Below are positions 1-10,564 of a stretch of 64,000 nucleotides of DNA, one piece after another. This DNA is from Ascoidea asiatica JCM 7603. Its lineage: Eukaryota > Fungi > Ascomycota. The notes beneath the pieces were generated by a model. The model worked only from the letters and a program-made list of their open reading frames with translations. It ran no database searches and was not told the origin of the DNA. The stretch's first letter is position 1. Each line of letters starts with the position of its first letter. Location: assembly GCA_001600695.1 (NCBI GenBank), contig BCKQ01000005.1, positions 237,496-301,495 of the forward strand. Direction: 5' to 3'. A program made the translations under genes and the position numbers.

Positions 1-548
1 TGTTTAAGTTTTTTAGCTTGAATGAAAGAAATCATGAAAAAGTAATTGGCTCAAAAGTTTTCAATTATTGAACCAAGTTAATAAACATATATATAATTAA
101 TAAAAGAAGCAACCATTACATGAACTAATGATCTTTTTGAAGCTTTGAATAAAATGCATAACAGTAGACATTATTGGATTTTAATCCTTTTAAAGAAGTC
201 TAAACAATTTCCTATTGTTTGAGATTCTAGTAGTATCATTAAAAACACATATTTGAAGGGTAAAAAAGGGGTGAAGACATGTGATATAACCGAAGGCAGA
301 AGTAAAGAAAAGGGTAATAAATAAAAGTGCCGGTCAAATTACTGTTTAAACATTTTGGGATCATTTGTTTGAGGTGGGCCTCTTTTATTGTTTAAAGGCC
401 CACAATTATTTATGCGAAAATGGATTTTGGAGAGGATATATTCCATGGTACGGATAAATAGCTAAATGTCAATATAATTTTTTTTTAAAAGTTGCTACGC
501 CTTATATTTCCTAATAAAGTAAATATGCGCCGTTATGAGGCTAAAATA

Positions 549-590
549 TCTGCAAATAGAGATGTTGTGTCTGCAAATAGAGATGATGTG
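549..590. repeat. 21-bp tandem duplication
   Basis: TCTGCAAATAGAGATGTTGTG (549-569) is followed by TCTGCAAATAGAGATGATGTG (570-590), with one mismatch. Confidence 0.9.
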
Positions 591-643
591 ACTTCACTTA
601 GTATTTCTCCTTTGTTAGTGCTTGAGTTAGAATTAGATACGGT

Positions 644-649
644 ACGCGT
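644..649. promoter_or_regulatory. MCB-type element (ACGCGT)
   Basis: Exact ACGCGT in intergenic DNA; target gene unknown, possibly left of the window. Confidence 0.3.
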
Positions 650-846
650 TTATTCTGCAATGTTGTAACGAAAAATACAGTAACGTTGATTAGGAACAAA
701 TTTTTTTGGGTTGGCGAGTGTCCCACTATCAGAGTCTTATATTATATGCAGAAATGGGTGTCCTATAATCCATAATGGGATATTTCCTGAAAATCTAAAA
801 AAACGACTGAAGAAATTAGAAATGGGCCACTGTAGGTCTTTCATAT

Positions 847-857
847 AATATGCGGGG
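847..857 (+). promoter_or_regulatory. Mig1/CreA-type site
   Basis: AATATGCGGGG is an AT-rich flank plus SYGGGG. Confidence 0.35.
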
Positions 858-2086
858 TTTTTCCTAAACGTTTCACGCTTGAATTCAGAAGTAAGTATTC
901 TGGGAAATTTATAATTGTTGTAACGTAAAGAATATGACATGATTTAGGAGACAAACAAAGGTTAGTTTGAAAAGTATTTCATTTTGCTTCAAGACACAAA
1001 AATATTACAGCACGTATACGTGCCATGGAGGCTTTCCTTTTTCCACACATTATAGCCAATATTGTTTTTCCACAGGCCCCTTTGTCCCGAAACACACAGC
1101 ATTTTATATTTCAAAAGCATGCACGTGATATAAAACGTTAATTTTTTCAATAATTTTTTTTTGGTGGGAGCGTAAATAAAAATCATTTTGTTCAGGTGTT
1201 CCGGGGGAGTGAAAACATTTTTACGTGTGGAAAAACGAACACCAATATTGGCTATAATCTGTGGAAAAAGTAAAGCCTCCATGGTAGTGTAAATAGCATA
1301 ATAAAAGTAGAGTTTTTGAGTAAACCTTTTTGAGAACTAAGGAGTTCATTATACTCAACAATTCAACTGTAATGGAACAGTAACTATCCGGAAAGCAAAG
1401 GTGGTTTTGTCACTTAAATATTGCGCTGAATGTGAGAATGCACAAGATATTCCACAACATTTACTGGCCCGCTGGTGCCTGGATAAAACCCTCTAGAATT
1501 GAGTCTATGCTCGGCAGCACCTTACCATGGAAAGCAGATACGCCTGAATCTATCATCTTTGAGGATAGTTTAGTCCAATACAAAAGTTCAAGAATATTAG
1601 CTTATTCTTTTTCATTGTTCATTGTTCATATTTTACAATTCATAATCCATAATTCATGATAATTGTCATAATTATTTCATCTGTTATGGATTCAAGCTTG
1701 CTAGAAATATTTTGTATGAATTGATCATATTCACTTGAATTCGAGTGATTTTTTATCATTTAAATACTAAAACATTATCTTTACCAATAGTGTCATCAAT
1801 AATAATTCACCCAATAGATTTTTTAATTCTTTAATTGAATTTAGAATAGGTCGATCCTAAATTTCATTTCTATTTCATTTCCTTTATAATTTACTACAGA
1901 TATTTTCACTTACAAACATTTTTAGGTAAAATCCCCTTTAATTACCAGAGTATTAATATTTTTTTATTTTGAAATACATTTATTTTATTCAAATTACCTT
2001 AATATTCAATATATTAGATAAAGTAATTAGAATACTCACTACATAATATATGATACAGCAGTGAAAACATTTAAGTAAAGAAAAAG

Positions 2087-5000
2087 ATGTCAAAAGTTAT
2101 TAAAAGGTCTTCAACTAATTCTAATTCAAATTCAAGTTCAAAACCAAATCAATTTTCAGTGAGCTCTGATAAGTTTGATAAATTTGATAGATATGACAAA
2201 TCTGATAAATCTGATAAATCTTTAAAAACAAAAAAATCATTTGCTTCTAAATTTATTGATAAATTAAGTCAATCTTCAATTGAACATCAACATAGGAAAC
2301 AATATGCGTTGAAGAAAAAAGAGGAAAAAAAATTAGAAATCGAACAAAGAATTAAGTTACAAAATGATCAAAAAAGATTATTCCATTCAAAAAAATCCGA
2401 GTTTTCTATGGATAATTCTTATCCTCATTCAAATTCTAATTCTAATCATAATTCAAACCCTCATTCTAATCCCAATTCTTCTATTCATTCTTCAATTAAT
2501 TCTCCAGATCGATCGAATGACGATTTCTCAAACACCTCAAAAAATATAAAAACAATAAATACTCAAAATATAAACTCCTATTTTAACTATCCTCAATCAT
2601 CTTTTAAATCATCCAACATCCCTTCTAGTATTACAATTAATCCAATAACAACTAATAATACAATAAATACAACAAATACAGTCAATTCAATGAACACAAT
2701 TAATACTTCAAGTTCAACTAACTCAGTCAATTCTCGGAATCTAAATGTTTTGAATCAAAAACGAAACAACAGTAATTTATTGAAGTCAAATAATCAATTT
2801 TCAAAACCTCCTTTAATAAACTCATCAAATTCGTCTTTAAATTCTTCCTCAAAATCGTCTAATTCTTCGAAATCTTCATCATATTCAATTACTTCTATTC
2901 AAAATAAAACTAAAAATAAGAATATATCTATAAACACTAATCTCAGTAATAATAAAAATAATCTATTTATCGAAAGTATTGGCAATACTAAAACTATTTT
3001 CAATAATAATAATAATAATAATAGTAATATTAATAATAATAATGATACTGATAAGTTCAAAAAAATCAGCTACAATGAAAAAGAAAAAGATGAGGATGAT
3101 GAGGATGATGATGAGGATGATGAGGATGATGAGGATGATGAGGATGATGAGGATGATGAGGATGATGAGGAGGAGGATGGTAATGATGAGGAAGAGGATG
3201 ATGATTTTGACAAAATTTATAATGATAATGCGATTGACAATGATTTGGCCAACCTTAGCGAGCTGGATGAGAACTTGCAAGCTAACTCGGACCCACTTTT
3301 TATAGATAACAGGGGCAATACACTTTCATCCAAAAAAAAACGAAAAAAGAAAAAGAATTCAAAGATAAAAACTCCTCTTTTCTCAAAATTTGCTGTTTAT
3401 AACTCGGATGAAGATTCTTCTGATTCCGATTCAAGTGAAAAGCAAAAAATTAATAACATTGATTCAATTAGAACTAAATTTAGGAAAGCAACTATTCAGG
3501 CTACTTCTCCATTGACAACAAACAATACAATCAAATCTCAATTAGACAATACTGTTGGCTACACATCCAAAGATTCTAATATAGTATCTAATTCTTCTAT
3601 TTCTTTTCAAAATCAAATCAATCAAGATGCTAATATCAACAATGATGATTTAGTTTTGAATATTATGAAAAATTTCAAAAATGATGCCACTATTGGTGAA
3701 AATAAGCCTACTACTCAGCAACAATATCAACAGTTTCAACAGAGTATTATTACTGGAAATAAAAACTCTTCCTCTCCTGTCTCTATTTCTGCTTCCCGTA
3801 AAAAAAGTTTCAGTAGTATGAACTCTGCTCCTGAATTCCAAAGTTTTAATTCCAAGAAGTTAAATCCTAGTGCATCAAGTGCCGCTGCGGGCTTTAATTT
3901 GAGAAGGCCTTCATTAGCAAGTAATATTGCAAGCATAAACAGATCTTCTCTTTATGATTCTGATCATGACTTATCTATATCCTCAACCAATGGCTCTCGT
4001 GATATTTCCAATATTCTATCAACCAGTAATTCTTTGAATAGCATATCAAAAAAAATATCAGACAGTTTGTCCAATAACTCAATATCTAAAATAAATAATC
4101 ATGTAAACCATCCTTACTCCAATCATAGTATTTTATCTAATTCCAAAAATTTAAATTCCAATGCAAACTCTTATTCTTCTTCTCCTTCATCAACGTTTCA
4201 CTCTCTTTCTTTAAATACTGATTTAAGTAACAATGGAAAATCTTCCATAAACAATAATTCGCAGTTTAATATCAATAACGGATCTTCAATCAAAAAGTCA
4301 ATTAGTATTAAGAGTGCTTCAACCATCAAAAATGGAAGAGGGAATAATTTTAAGAATGAATTCACGAAAAATTCAATTATTTCTCCAATTCAAACGGTCT
4401 CGGATTCCAGCAGAAATCTAAGTCCTAATACTATTATCAAGGAAGCAGATAAGTTAACTGTTTTAACAGAAGTTTTATCTCAGGAAGGCGAGTTGGCTTT
4501 GTATGAAAAACCAAGTGATTATTTTCAAGAAAAGAAACACCAACAAAGTTCACCTCTTAGTGTAGATGATATTGCTAAACAGGTTAATAATTTTAATTTA
4601 CTATCATTTGAAGATTATAAACAGTATATTTCAAGTGAAAAAAATGAAATTCCAAGTAATAGATTACTACAGCCTAAATTTTTTCTCTACAAATTTATAA
4701 ATTCAGATCATGGAAAAATGTTAATTAACGAGAAAACAACAAATCTTAGAATCGAGAAAAAAGTTTCTTTGAAAGATTTGAAGAAGCAAAAAAAGAAAAA
4801 AAAAAATTTAGGATTTGATCAACCACCCAAACTTCCTTCATTGTCGAACAATTTCAGTAATGATTTGGCAGCAACTCCTACCAACACCAGTGTTTATTCA
4901 AGTGAATCTTCTTTAAGCATCCATTCGGATGAAATGTTGTCTTTGAAACAATATAAAATAGAAGGAGACTTTTTAACCTCCAAGGTTTTTATTCCCAAAA

Positions 5001-6070
5001 ATATTTGGTACGCTAATTCTATTAGCATCAAAGATTCAAATATTAAATTGAATATCATCAATGATCTAACCAGTCTTTTGGAGCTATTTTTAAAGGATAT
5101 TGAAAATAAATCAATGTATGGGTCATTCCAAAATATTGATAATTCGATACTTTATTATCAAAAATTGCTTTCAGCTTTCAATGTTTATAATAAAATATCG
5201 CATGAAAATATCACAAAACAAGAAAAAAGAACTTCTGGAAAAATTGCTTCAACTAATTATATGATTAATGACCATGTAGCTAATAGTTTTTCTCCATCTT
5301 CTCCTATAAGCCCACTAACTACTATGGTTGGTTCCAATAGAAACTCAGGTTATAATAGTAATAATTTTACTTCCCATGTATACCCAATATCGTCTAATAC
5401 TTCGCAAACAAGTGATAATTCTTCTAGTAACCACTCTCAATATTCCCAAAATCAAGGAGGAAACGTTGACCCTCATAAGAGAATCTCATTATTTCATAAA
5501 AAATTAAAAAATAAAAGAAACCCATCACAAGATTCAAGTTCAATAAACAGATTGACAATAAATTCAAATATAGCGGCCTCTTCAATGAAAAATACAGATA
5601 TGGATAAAGCTTCCTCTAATTCAGAGTCAGTAAAGTCAATCTTATATGCTAGTGGTGATGTTATAAATTCAAGCCATTTCAATAGCAACATTAAACAAAC
5701 GAATAACAGCTCTAATTTTGGCACAACTAAAGATGGTGAAGATAGTGATAAAATAAAATATTTAAAGTCACTAACTGATCTTTATGAAGTTGTTTCTAAA
5801 TTGACCGATAAAGCCATAAAGCTCCAGTTTTCTCTAAATGTGGAAGAAACTTCTGAAACTAACAAAAGTGAAACAGAAGACAATAAATCAACTAAAACAT
5901 TTAATGAAGAAGATGAAGAAATCAATAATAGATTAATTTTTGAGAAATGTGAAATTGTCTTAAACTTTTTGTCTAAGTCTGTGATCCGGTTTATTTTAAT
6001 TGATGTATTAAATTTAGCTAATGACTACATGAAAAATTGTTGTGATGGATTACGTGTAGATAACAAATAA
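2087..6070 (+). CDS. Conserved fungal hypothetical protein, Ser/Asn-rich with an acidic tract and a conserved C-terminal helical region
   Basis: 1327-aa ORF. GDFLTSKVFIPKNIWYANSISIKD and the C-terminal FLSKSVIRFILIDVLNL resemble a recalled uncharacterised fungal family whose filamentous-fungal members carry an N-terminal MIT domain. Confidence 0.8.
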   Translation: MSKVIKRSSTNSNSNSSSKPNQFSVSSDKFDKFDRYDKSDKSDKSLKTKKSFASKFIDKLSQSSIEHQHRKQYALKKKEEKKLEIEQRIKLQNDQKRLFHSKKSEFSMDNSYPHSNSNSNHNSNPHSNPNSSIHSSINSPDRSNDDFSNTSKNIKTINTQNINSYFNYPQSSFKSSNIPSSITINPITTNNTINTTNTVNSMNTINTSSSTNSVNSRNLNVLNQKRNNSNLLKSNNQFSKPPLINSSNSSLNSSSKSSNSSKSSSYSITSIQNKTKNKNISINTNLSNNKNNLFIESIGNTKTIFNNNNNNNSNINNNNDTDKFKKISYNEKEKDEDDEDDDEDDEDDEDDEDDEDDEDDEEEDGNDEEEDDDFDKIYNDNAIDNDLANLSELDENLQANSDPLFIDNRGNTLSSKKKRKKKKNSKIKTPLFSKFAVYNSDEDSSDSDSSEKQKINNIDSIRTKFRKATIQATSPLTTNNTIKSQLDNTVGYTSKDSNIVSNSSISFQNQINQDANINNDDLVLNIMKNFKNDATIGENKPTTQQQYQQFQQSIITGNKNSSSPVSISASRKKSFSSMNSAPEFQSFNSKKLNPSASSAAAGFNLRRPSLASNIASINRSSLYDSDHDLSISSTNGSRDISNILSTSNSLNSISKKISDSLSNNSISKINNHVNHPYSNHSILSNSKNLNSNANSYSSSPSSTFHSLSLNTDLSNNGKSSINNNSQFNINNGSSIKKSISIKSASTIKNGRGNNFKNEFTKNSIISPIQTVSDSSRNLSPNTIIKEADKLTVLTEVLSQEGELALYEKPSDYFQEKKHQQSSPLSVDDIAKQVNNFNLLSFEDYKQYISSEKNEIPSNRLLQPKFFLYKFINSDHGKMLINEKTTNLRIEKKVSLKDLKKQKKKKKNLGFDQPPKLPSLSNNFSNDLAATPTNTSVYSSESSLSIHSDEMLSLKQYKIEGDFLTSKVFIPKNIWYANSISIKDSNIKLNIINDLTSLLELFLKDIENKSMYGSFQNIDNSILYYQKLLSAFNVYNKISHENITKQEKRTSGKIASTNYMINDHVANSFSPSSPISPLTTMVGSNRNSGYNSNNFTSHVYPISSNTSQTSDNSSSNHSQYSQNQGGNVDPHKRISLFHKKLKNKRNPSQDSSSINRLTINSNIAASSMKNTDMDKASSNSESVKSILYASGDVINSSHFNSNIKQTNNSSNFGTTKDGEDSDKIKYLKSLTDLYEVVSKLTDKAIKLQFSLNVEETSETNKSETEDNKSTKTFNEEDEEINNRLIFEKCEIVLNFLSKSVIRFILIDVLNLANDYMKNCCDGLRVDNK
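3089..3178 (+). repeat. (GATGAGGAT)n coding minisatellite giving a poly-Asp/Glu tract
   Basis: Directly visible; encodes DEDDEDD... Confidence 0.9.
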
Positions 6071-6813
6071 AAAGAAACTTTTTCTAAATCTTTTTGAACC
6101 GTTGTTTTAATTTTGAATTTCAAATAATGAAATCACAATTTAATTTTAATTTTTATTTACTAACTTATTAACTTTTTAATGTTTTCTTTTTCAGTTTTTG
6201 CTTGCTTTTTTCGTTTATTTTTTCGTTTCGTTTCTTGAAATCCTTTAATATGTTTTTATTACTTTTTTTTTCTTGAATTTCTTAGTATGCCAACAAATTT
6301 GAATCAAATGTATGAATTATCATTTGAAAGTTTTTGCTTTGCTAGGTAAGTAAATTTAATTATCTCTTCAATACAAGGATCTGTGCTACTTTAAGAGATT
6401 TCTTTGTCTAAACGAGCACGGGTTTTACTGTAGAAAGTATTATATATTTATAATAATATTCAAATGTTAAACCAAAATACCTTTTTTTCATAACGCTGAA
6501 ACACGAAAACAAAAGTATTGGGCGCGCTCAACTGCGAAGGCACAGATCCTTGGATTAAAGGGATAAAGAGTATCATAGATGATAAAAAGAGCATCAGTGT
6601 TATGTCCCGGATTTAAAATACATCGCGTTTCCGAAAGTTATCTTTAAAAAGTAAATTGATAAATAACGGTAGTCTGTAAGAGGTGATTTGTATTAAAATA
6701 TCTAAGGAAAATTTGATATCTATCGATCATTAAAAAAGAAATACTAGTTAGTTGTAGTTTATAGTTGAGTTCTAAAAGAATTGATATCTTGCTTATTATA
6801 AATTCATGGGAAG

Positions 6814-7722
6814 ATGCTTTGGAAAAGACTTTTATTTAGTTCTTCACTTGTTGAACAGCAATTCATGAGAAATTTTTTCTCTCAATCCAGGTACCCAAAA
6901 TATTTTGTGAAGAGGACTATTCAGTATTCATTGGCAGGCTCTTGTTTAGGGTTAGGTTTATATGGAATTCACCAATATTATCCTCTTAATGAATTTAATT
7001 ATAACATAAAGAGAAATATATTTCCATTGGTATATTCGGATGCAAAAACTGCATCGTATAGAAATCAAAAGGATGTTCAAGTAGAGAAAGGAATCAATCC
7101 TTTTCCAACTAGTATTATTTCTCCAATTTCAAAAGAAGAATTTTCTTTGCTTGGATATGGCACAAGATCTGTCACTTTTTTAAGCTTTAAGGTTTATGGA
7201 TTAGGAATATACATTGCTAATTCAGATATTTCAAAGGTGAAATCCATTCTTTCTCAGACACTAAAAGAAGATGAATTAATAGATCCAAATGATGATTACA
7301 TTCCACAAATGCTTTTAGAGAGTGGTGTTAGATTAATGGTGAGAATTGTTCCAGTTAGAAATACAGACTTCAATCATTTAAAAGATGGATTTGTTAAAAC
7401 ATGTTTAAGAAATAAATTAAACAAAGAGTCTCCAGAGCAAATGTCAGAAGGTATAGATGAAATAAGAGCTATATTTAAGGGTTATAGATCTTCTTGTCTT
7501 AAAAACCACACTGTATTAGTAGAGCGATTGGATAATGGTGAATTAGGCTTTGCTTACGAAAAACTAAATAAAAAATGTGAAATAATTCTTGATACAGTTC
7601 TTATTGGAACTGTATATCAACCATTAATCAGTAAAGCACTATTCTTGAATTACATTTCAGGGTCACATCCTAATAGCGAGGCTGCAAAAGTGAGAACGTT
7701 AGATGAGCTATCAAGATTATAA
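6814..7722 (+). CDS. AIM18: Mitochondrial chalcone-isomerase-fold protein (Aim18/Aim46 family)
   Basis: LLGYGTRSVTFLSFKVYGLGIYI and RIVPVRNTDFNHLKDG motifs; basic presequence followed by a TM segment. Confidence 0.85.
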   Translation: MLWKRLLFSSSLVEQQFMRNFFSQSRYPKYFVKRTIQYSLAGSCLGLGLYGIHQYYPLNEFNYNIKRNIFPLVYSDAKTASYRNQKDVQVEKGINPFPTSIISPISKEEFSLLGYGTRSVTFLSFKVYGLGIYIANSDISKVKSILSQTLKEDELIDPNDDYIPQMLLESGVRLMVRIVPVRNTDFNHLKDGFVKTCLRNKLNKESPEQMSEGIDEIRAIFKGYRSSCLKNHTVLVERLDNGELGFAYEKLNKKCEIILDTVLIGTVYQPLISKALFLNYISGSHPNSEAAKVRTLDELSRL

Positions 7723-7728
7723 AACAAC

Positions 7729-7745
7729 TGTATATACTGTAAATA
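7729..7745 (+). promoter_or_regulatory. Two tandem Puf3-type elements in the AIM18 3' UTR
   Basis: TGTATATA 7729-7736 and TGTAAATA 7738-7745 directly after the stop codon. Confidence 0.5.
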
Positions 7746-7746
7746 C

Positions 7747-10041
7747 TTATTTCTGAATGTTTGAAATATTTTCATTTATCGCTTCTTTAGATTGTAAACT
7801 CAAACAAGCAGCATATTGAGCTTTATTTAAAATAATATTTCTCCTTATACCTGGTGTGAACAAAAAGTTAGAATTCTCTATTGCCTCTTGGAAAATGATT
7901 CCTAACAAAGAATCACCAGCACCATTGACACTTTGAACTTCCAAATCTTTGATTACACTTGGATAATATTCAATTAGAACTCCATGCCCTTGTTTTCCAA
8001 TACTTTTTAGTGAAAATATCGGTTTTTTGGTAAAACTTATAACATCTTCGGATAAACTCACGTTTGATTCTATGTCAAAATTTGCTTCTACTTTATTCTG
8101 TGACTTCCTATAAATATTTATTATGATAATACCCTTTGAGCCACATTTGACTATAATAGATGGTATATAAGGCAACAATTTGAATGATTGCTGAAATACT
8201 CCCTCCTTTAAACAATTTTTCAAGAACTTATTATCCTTTACTGATGCTTGAAGACTGTTGAAAAAGCCATTATCTAAACCCAAAGCATCAATCACTGGAA
8301 GCCATTGGTCATTATTGAATAATTCTTTTTCTGAAAAAGATTCAAATATATTTTTTAATTCGTTCAATGTGGGCGAGGCAAATATAATACTAGAATTAGG
8401 GTAAACGCAAGCTGCAGACTCTGCAATTGCACAGGAAAGTTTAGCTGATTTTATTGCTGAAGTAGGCTCAAAAATTACTTTTGAACCAGATTTTTGAGCT
8501 TCCATTAAAATATTTTTGATTAAACTAACGGAGAGATTGGCATCAATAAGAATCAACTTGGGAGCCAATTCCCTTAACTTTTTGTTAATATAACACTCTG
8601 ACATATTTTCTATTATTTCCATATCTGCACAAGCAATAACTAATTCACCAGACTTATCATGAGTCGATATATATCTTGCTGTTCCAAATGGGAATTTCGA
8701 GTTAGATTTAGCGATTCCTGAAATGTCTATTTTTTTGTGCTTCAAATTCGATAAAATTAAATCACCAAAAACATCATTTCCAACTTGAGAAATAAAAAGA
8801 ATGGAGCTTTTTTCCACGGAGTAATAATGAGAAGCTAAAAACACATTATGACCAACACCACCAATAGAATCATATATCTTTCCAGGATTAGACTCGTTCA
8901 TACAAAAATTCTCGCCCATGAATTTACAAGTCAAATCAACAGCTACTGAACCAATAACTACCCCTTTGACTACCCCAGACGAGATTTCATGATTTTTTGA
9001 ATACGGTGACTTTGAATCTACAGTTTTCGAGTCTAAATCAGTAAAAAAGATAGAACTATTGAGAACAAGCTCACTTGGATAATTAGTGTTACTTTCAAAT
9101 TCCAATTTAGATAATTCAATTGCTATTTCAGCAGCAGACCGAGCATTGTTCAAAACAAAATCAATATTGCTTTCCACACTTTTTCCTTCACTTAATTGTG
9201 CAATTCGGTTTAATAAAAATGGTGTGAGCCTTTTCCCATTAATTCCTAACTCATATGCTTCTATCTCAGCCTTCTCTATAATATTAGTGATAAAATCTGT
9301 TGATAGGGCAGTTCGTATTGGTGGAGGAATACAGAATAGATAACCTGATTTAAGTTTCATAATATTTTTTCCACTATGAATAATTTGGGCTGCTTCTGCA
9401 AAGGATTGGAAATTAAATGGAGATTTAATTCCAGAGTCTCTGGTAAAAAAGCCTGGAATATTAGTCCCTTCAGGACCAAGAGTTCCAATAAAACATCCTT
9501 GAGTTTCTAAGACTTCTATTGTATTTTTTATATCAAGAATGGATTTCACGCCTGAACACACAACTGCCACAGGAGTTTTCCCTAATTCAGTTAAATCTGC
9601 AGAAATATCTAGCAAGAGAGGATATTTATGATTGTCAACAGAATATGGGCCTTGTTTGGTGACTCCTCCAAGACCACCAGTTGCAAATACTTTTATACCT
9701 GACTTTTCAGCCAAAATCATAGTTGCAGCTATGGTCGTTCCTCCATTTAATTTTTTTGCCATAACATATGGTATATCTCTCCTCGAAACTTTTATATTTT
9801 CACTATCCCTTGCAAGACTTTCAATTTCCGACTGAGACATACCAACAATAGGACTTCCTTTAAGAAAACCTATAGTTGCTGCAATTGCACCCCTTTCCTT
9901 TATTTCATTTTCAACTTGAAATGCCATTTCAATATTTTTTGGAAAAGGTAATCCATGAGTTATGATTGTACTTTCAAGAGCCACAATTGGTTTTTTTCTT
10001 TTTATGGCTTCAATCAAAAAAGATCCAATTTTCAAATTCAT
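7747..10041 (-). CDS. Bifunctional pseudouridine-5'-phosphate glycosidase (PsuG/IndA) and PfkB-family pseudouridine kinase
   Basis: N-terminal VALESTIITHG, FATGGLGGV, DISADLTELG and VCSGVKSILD. C-terminal PfkB motifs GGVGHN, VGNDVFG and VNGAGDS. Confidence 0.92.
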   Translation of the reverse strand: MNLKIGSFLIEAIKRKKPIVALESTIITHGLPFPKNIEMAFQVENEIKERGAIAATIGFLKGSPIVGMSQSEIESLARDSENIKVSRRDIPYVMAKKLNGGTTIAATMILAEKSGIKVFATGGLGGVTKQGPYSVDNHKYPLLLDISADLTELGKTPVAVVCSGVKSILDIKNTIEVLETQGCFIGTLGPEGTNIPGFFTRDSGIKSPFNFQSFAEAAQIIHSGKNIMKLKSGYLFCIPPPIRTALSTDFITNIIEKAEIEAYELGINGKRLTPFLLNRIAQLSEGKSVESNIDFVLNNARSAAEIAIELSKLEFESNTNYPSELVLNSSIFFTDLDSKTVDSKSPYSKNHEISSGVVKGVVIGSVAVDLTCKFMGENFCMNESNPGKIYDSIGGVGHNVFLASHYYSVEKSSILFISQVGNDVFGDLILSNLKHKKIDISGIAKSNSKFPFGTARYISTHDKSGELVIACADMEIIENMSECYINKKLRELAPKLILIDANLSVSLIKNILMEAQKSGSKVIFEPTSAIKSAKLSCAIAESAACVYPNSSIIFASPTLNELKNIFESFSEKELFNNDQWLPVIDALGLDNGFFNSLQASVKDNKFLKNCLKEGVFQQSFKLLPYIPSIIVKCGSKGIIIINIYRKSQNKVEANFDIESNVSLSEDVISFTKKPIFSLKSIGKQGHGVLIEYYPSVIKDLEVQSVNGAGDSLLGIIFQEAIENSNFLFTPGIRRNIILNKAQYAACLSLQSKEAINENISNIQK

Positions 10042-10564
10042 TTCAAAATGGTGTATTTTAAAATTTTTTCTATCACTTTTGATTTCATTTAAATTTACAA
10101 GTCACTAACAGCAAAGACATAATTAAAAGCTGGTGCATCTTTTTAAACTTTTTTATTCAAGCACAATTATCCGATAACCCGTTCTTTCATTCTTTATTAC
10201 AATATTTCGAGTTAGTGAATTATGTCAGATGATGAGCAATTTATGATCCCGCTACTCAGGGGAGGGGGGTACCAGTACTTCTAAAAACTAGTTACAGTCC
10301 AGTAAATTCAATGGACCCCGAATACTCAGTTACTAAAAATTGGTCCTGCACCGAGACTCCGATTTTGAAATAGCAGGTCTGTTCACTACTGTAGTGCTGT
10401 TTAATCGAATGAAACAAACATTCCGATGCTCAGTTTATAGGGTCTTTATAATATTGATTTAGAAAAAAGAAATTTCCCGTAAGAGTCCTTTTGATATTTA
10501 TTTATAAAATTATTTTTTTTAACTATAGTTGAAAAAAATCAATAGATATAAAGCAACAAATGCA

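Noticed and set aside
1-35. Possible start of a minus-strand gene (MISFIQAKKLK) running off the left edge
   Set aside because: Too short to support.
737-1659. Short ORFs 737-940, 989-1282 and 1432-1659
   Set aside because: No recognisable motifs; they lie in promoter-like DNA, and one starts with GTG.
2963-3305. Ile/Met-rich shadow ORFs, and similar ones at 13356-13805, 14351-14651 and 61160-61865
   Set aside because: They are alternate-frame or antisense readings of AAT/GAT repeats inside real genes.
6344-6353. TACTTACCT on the minus strand, resembling the U1 snRNA 5' end
   Set aside because: No U1 stem-loop I/II or Sm context follows.
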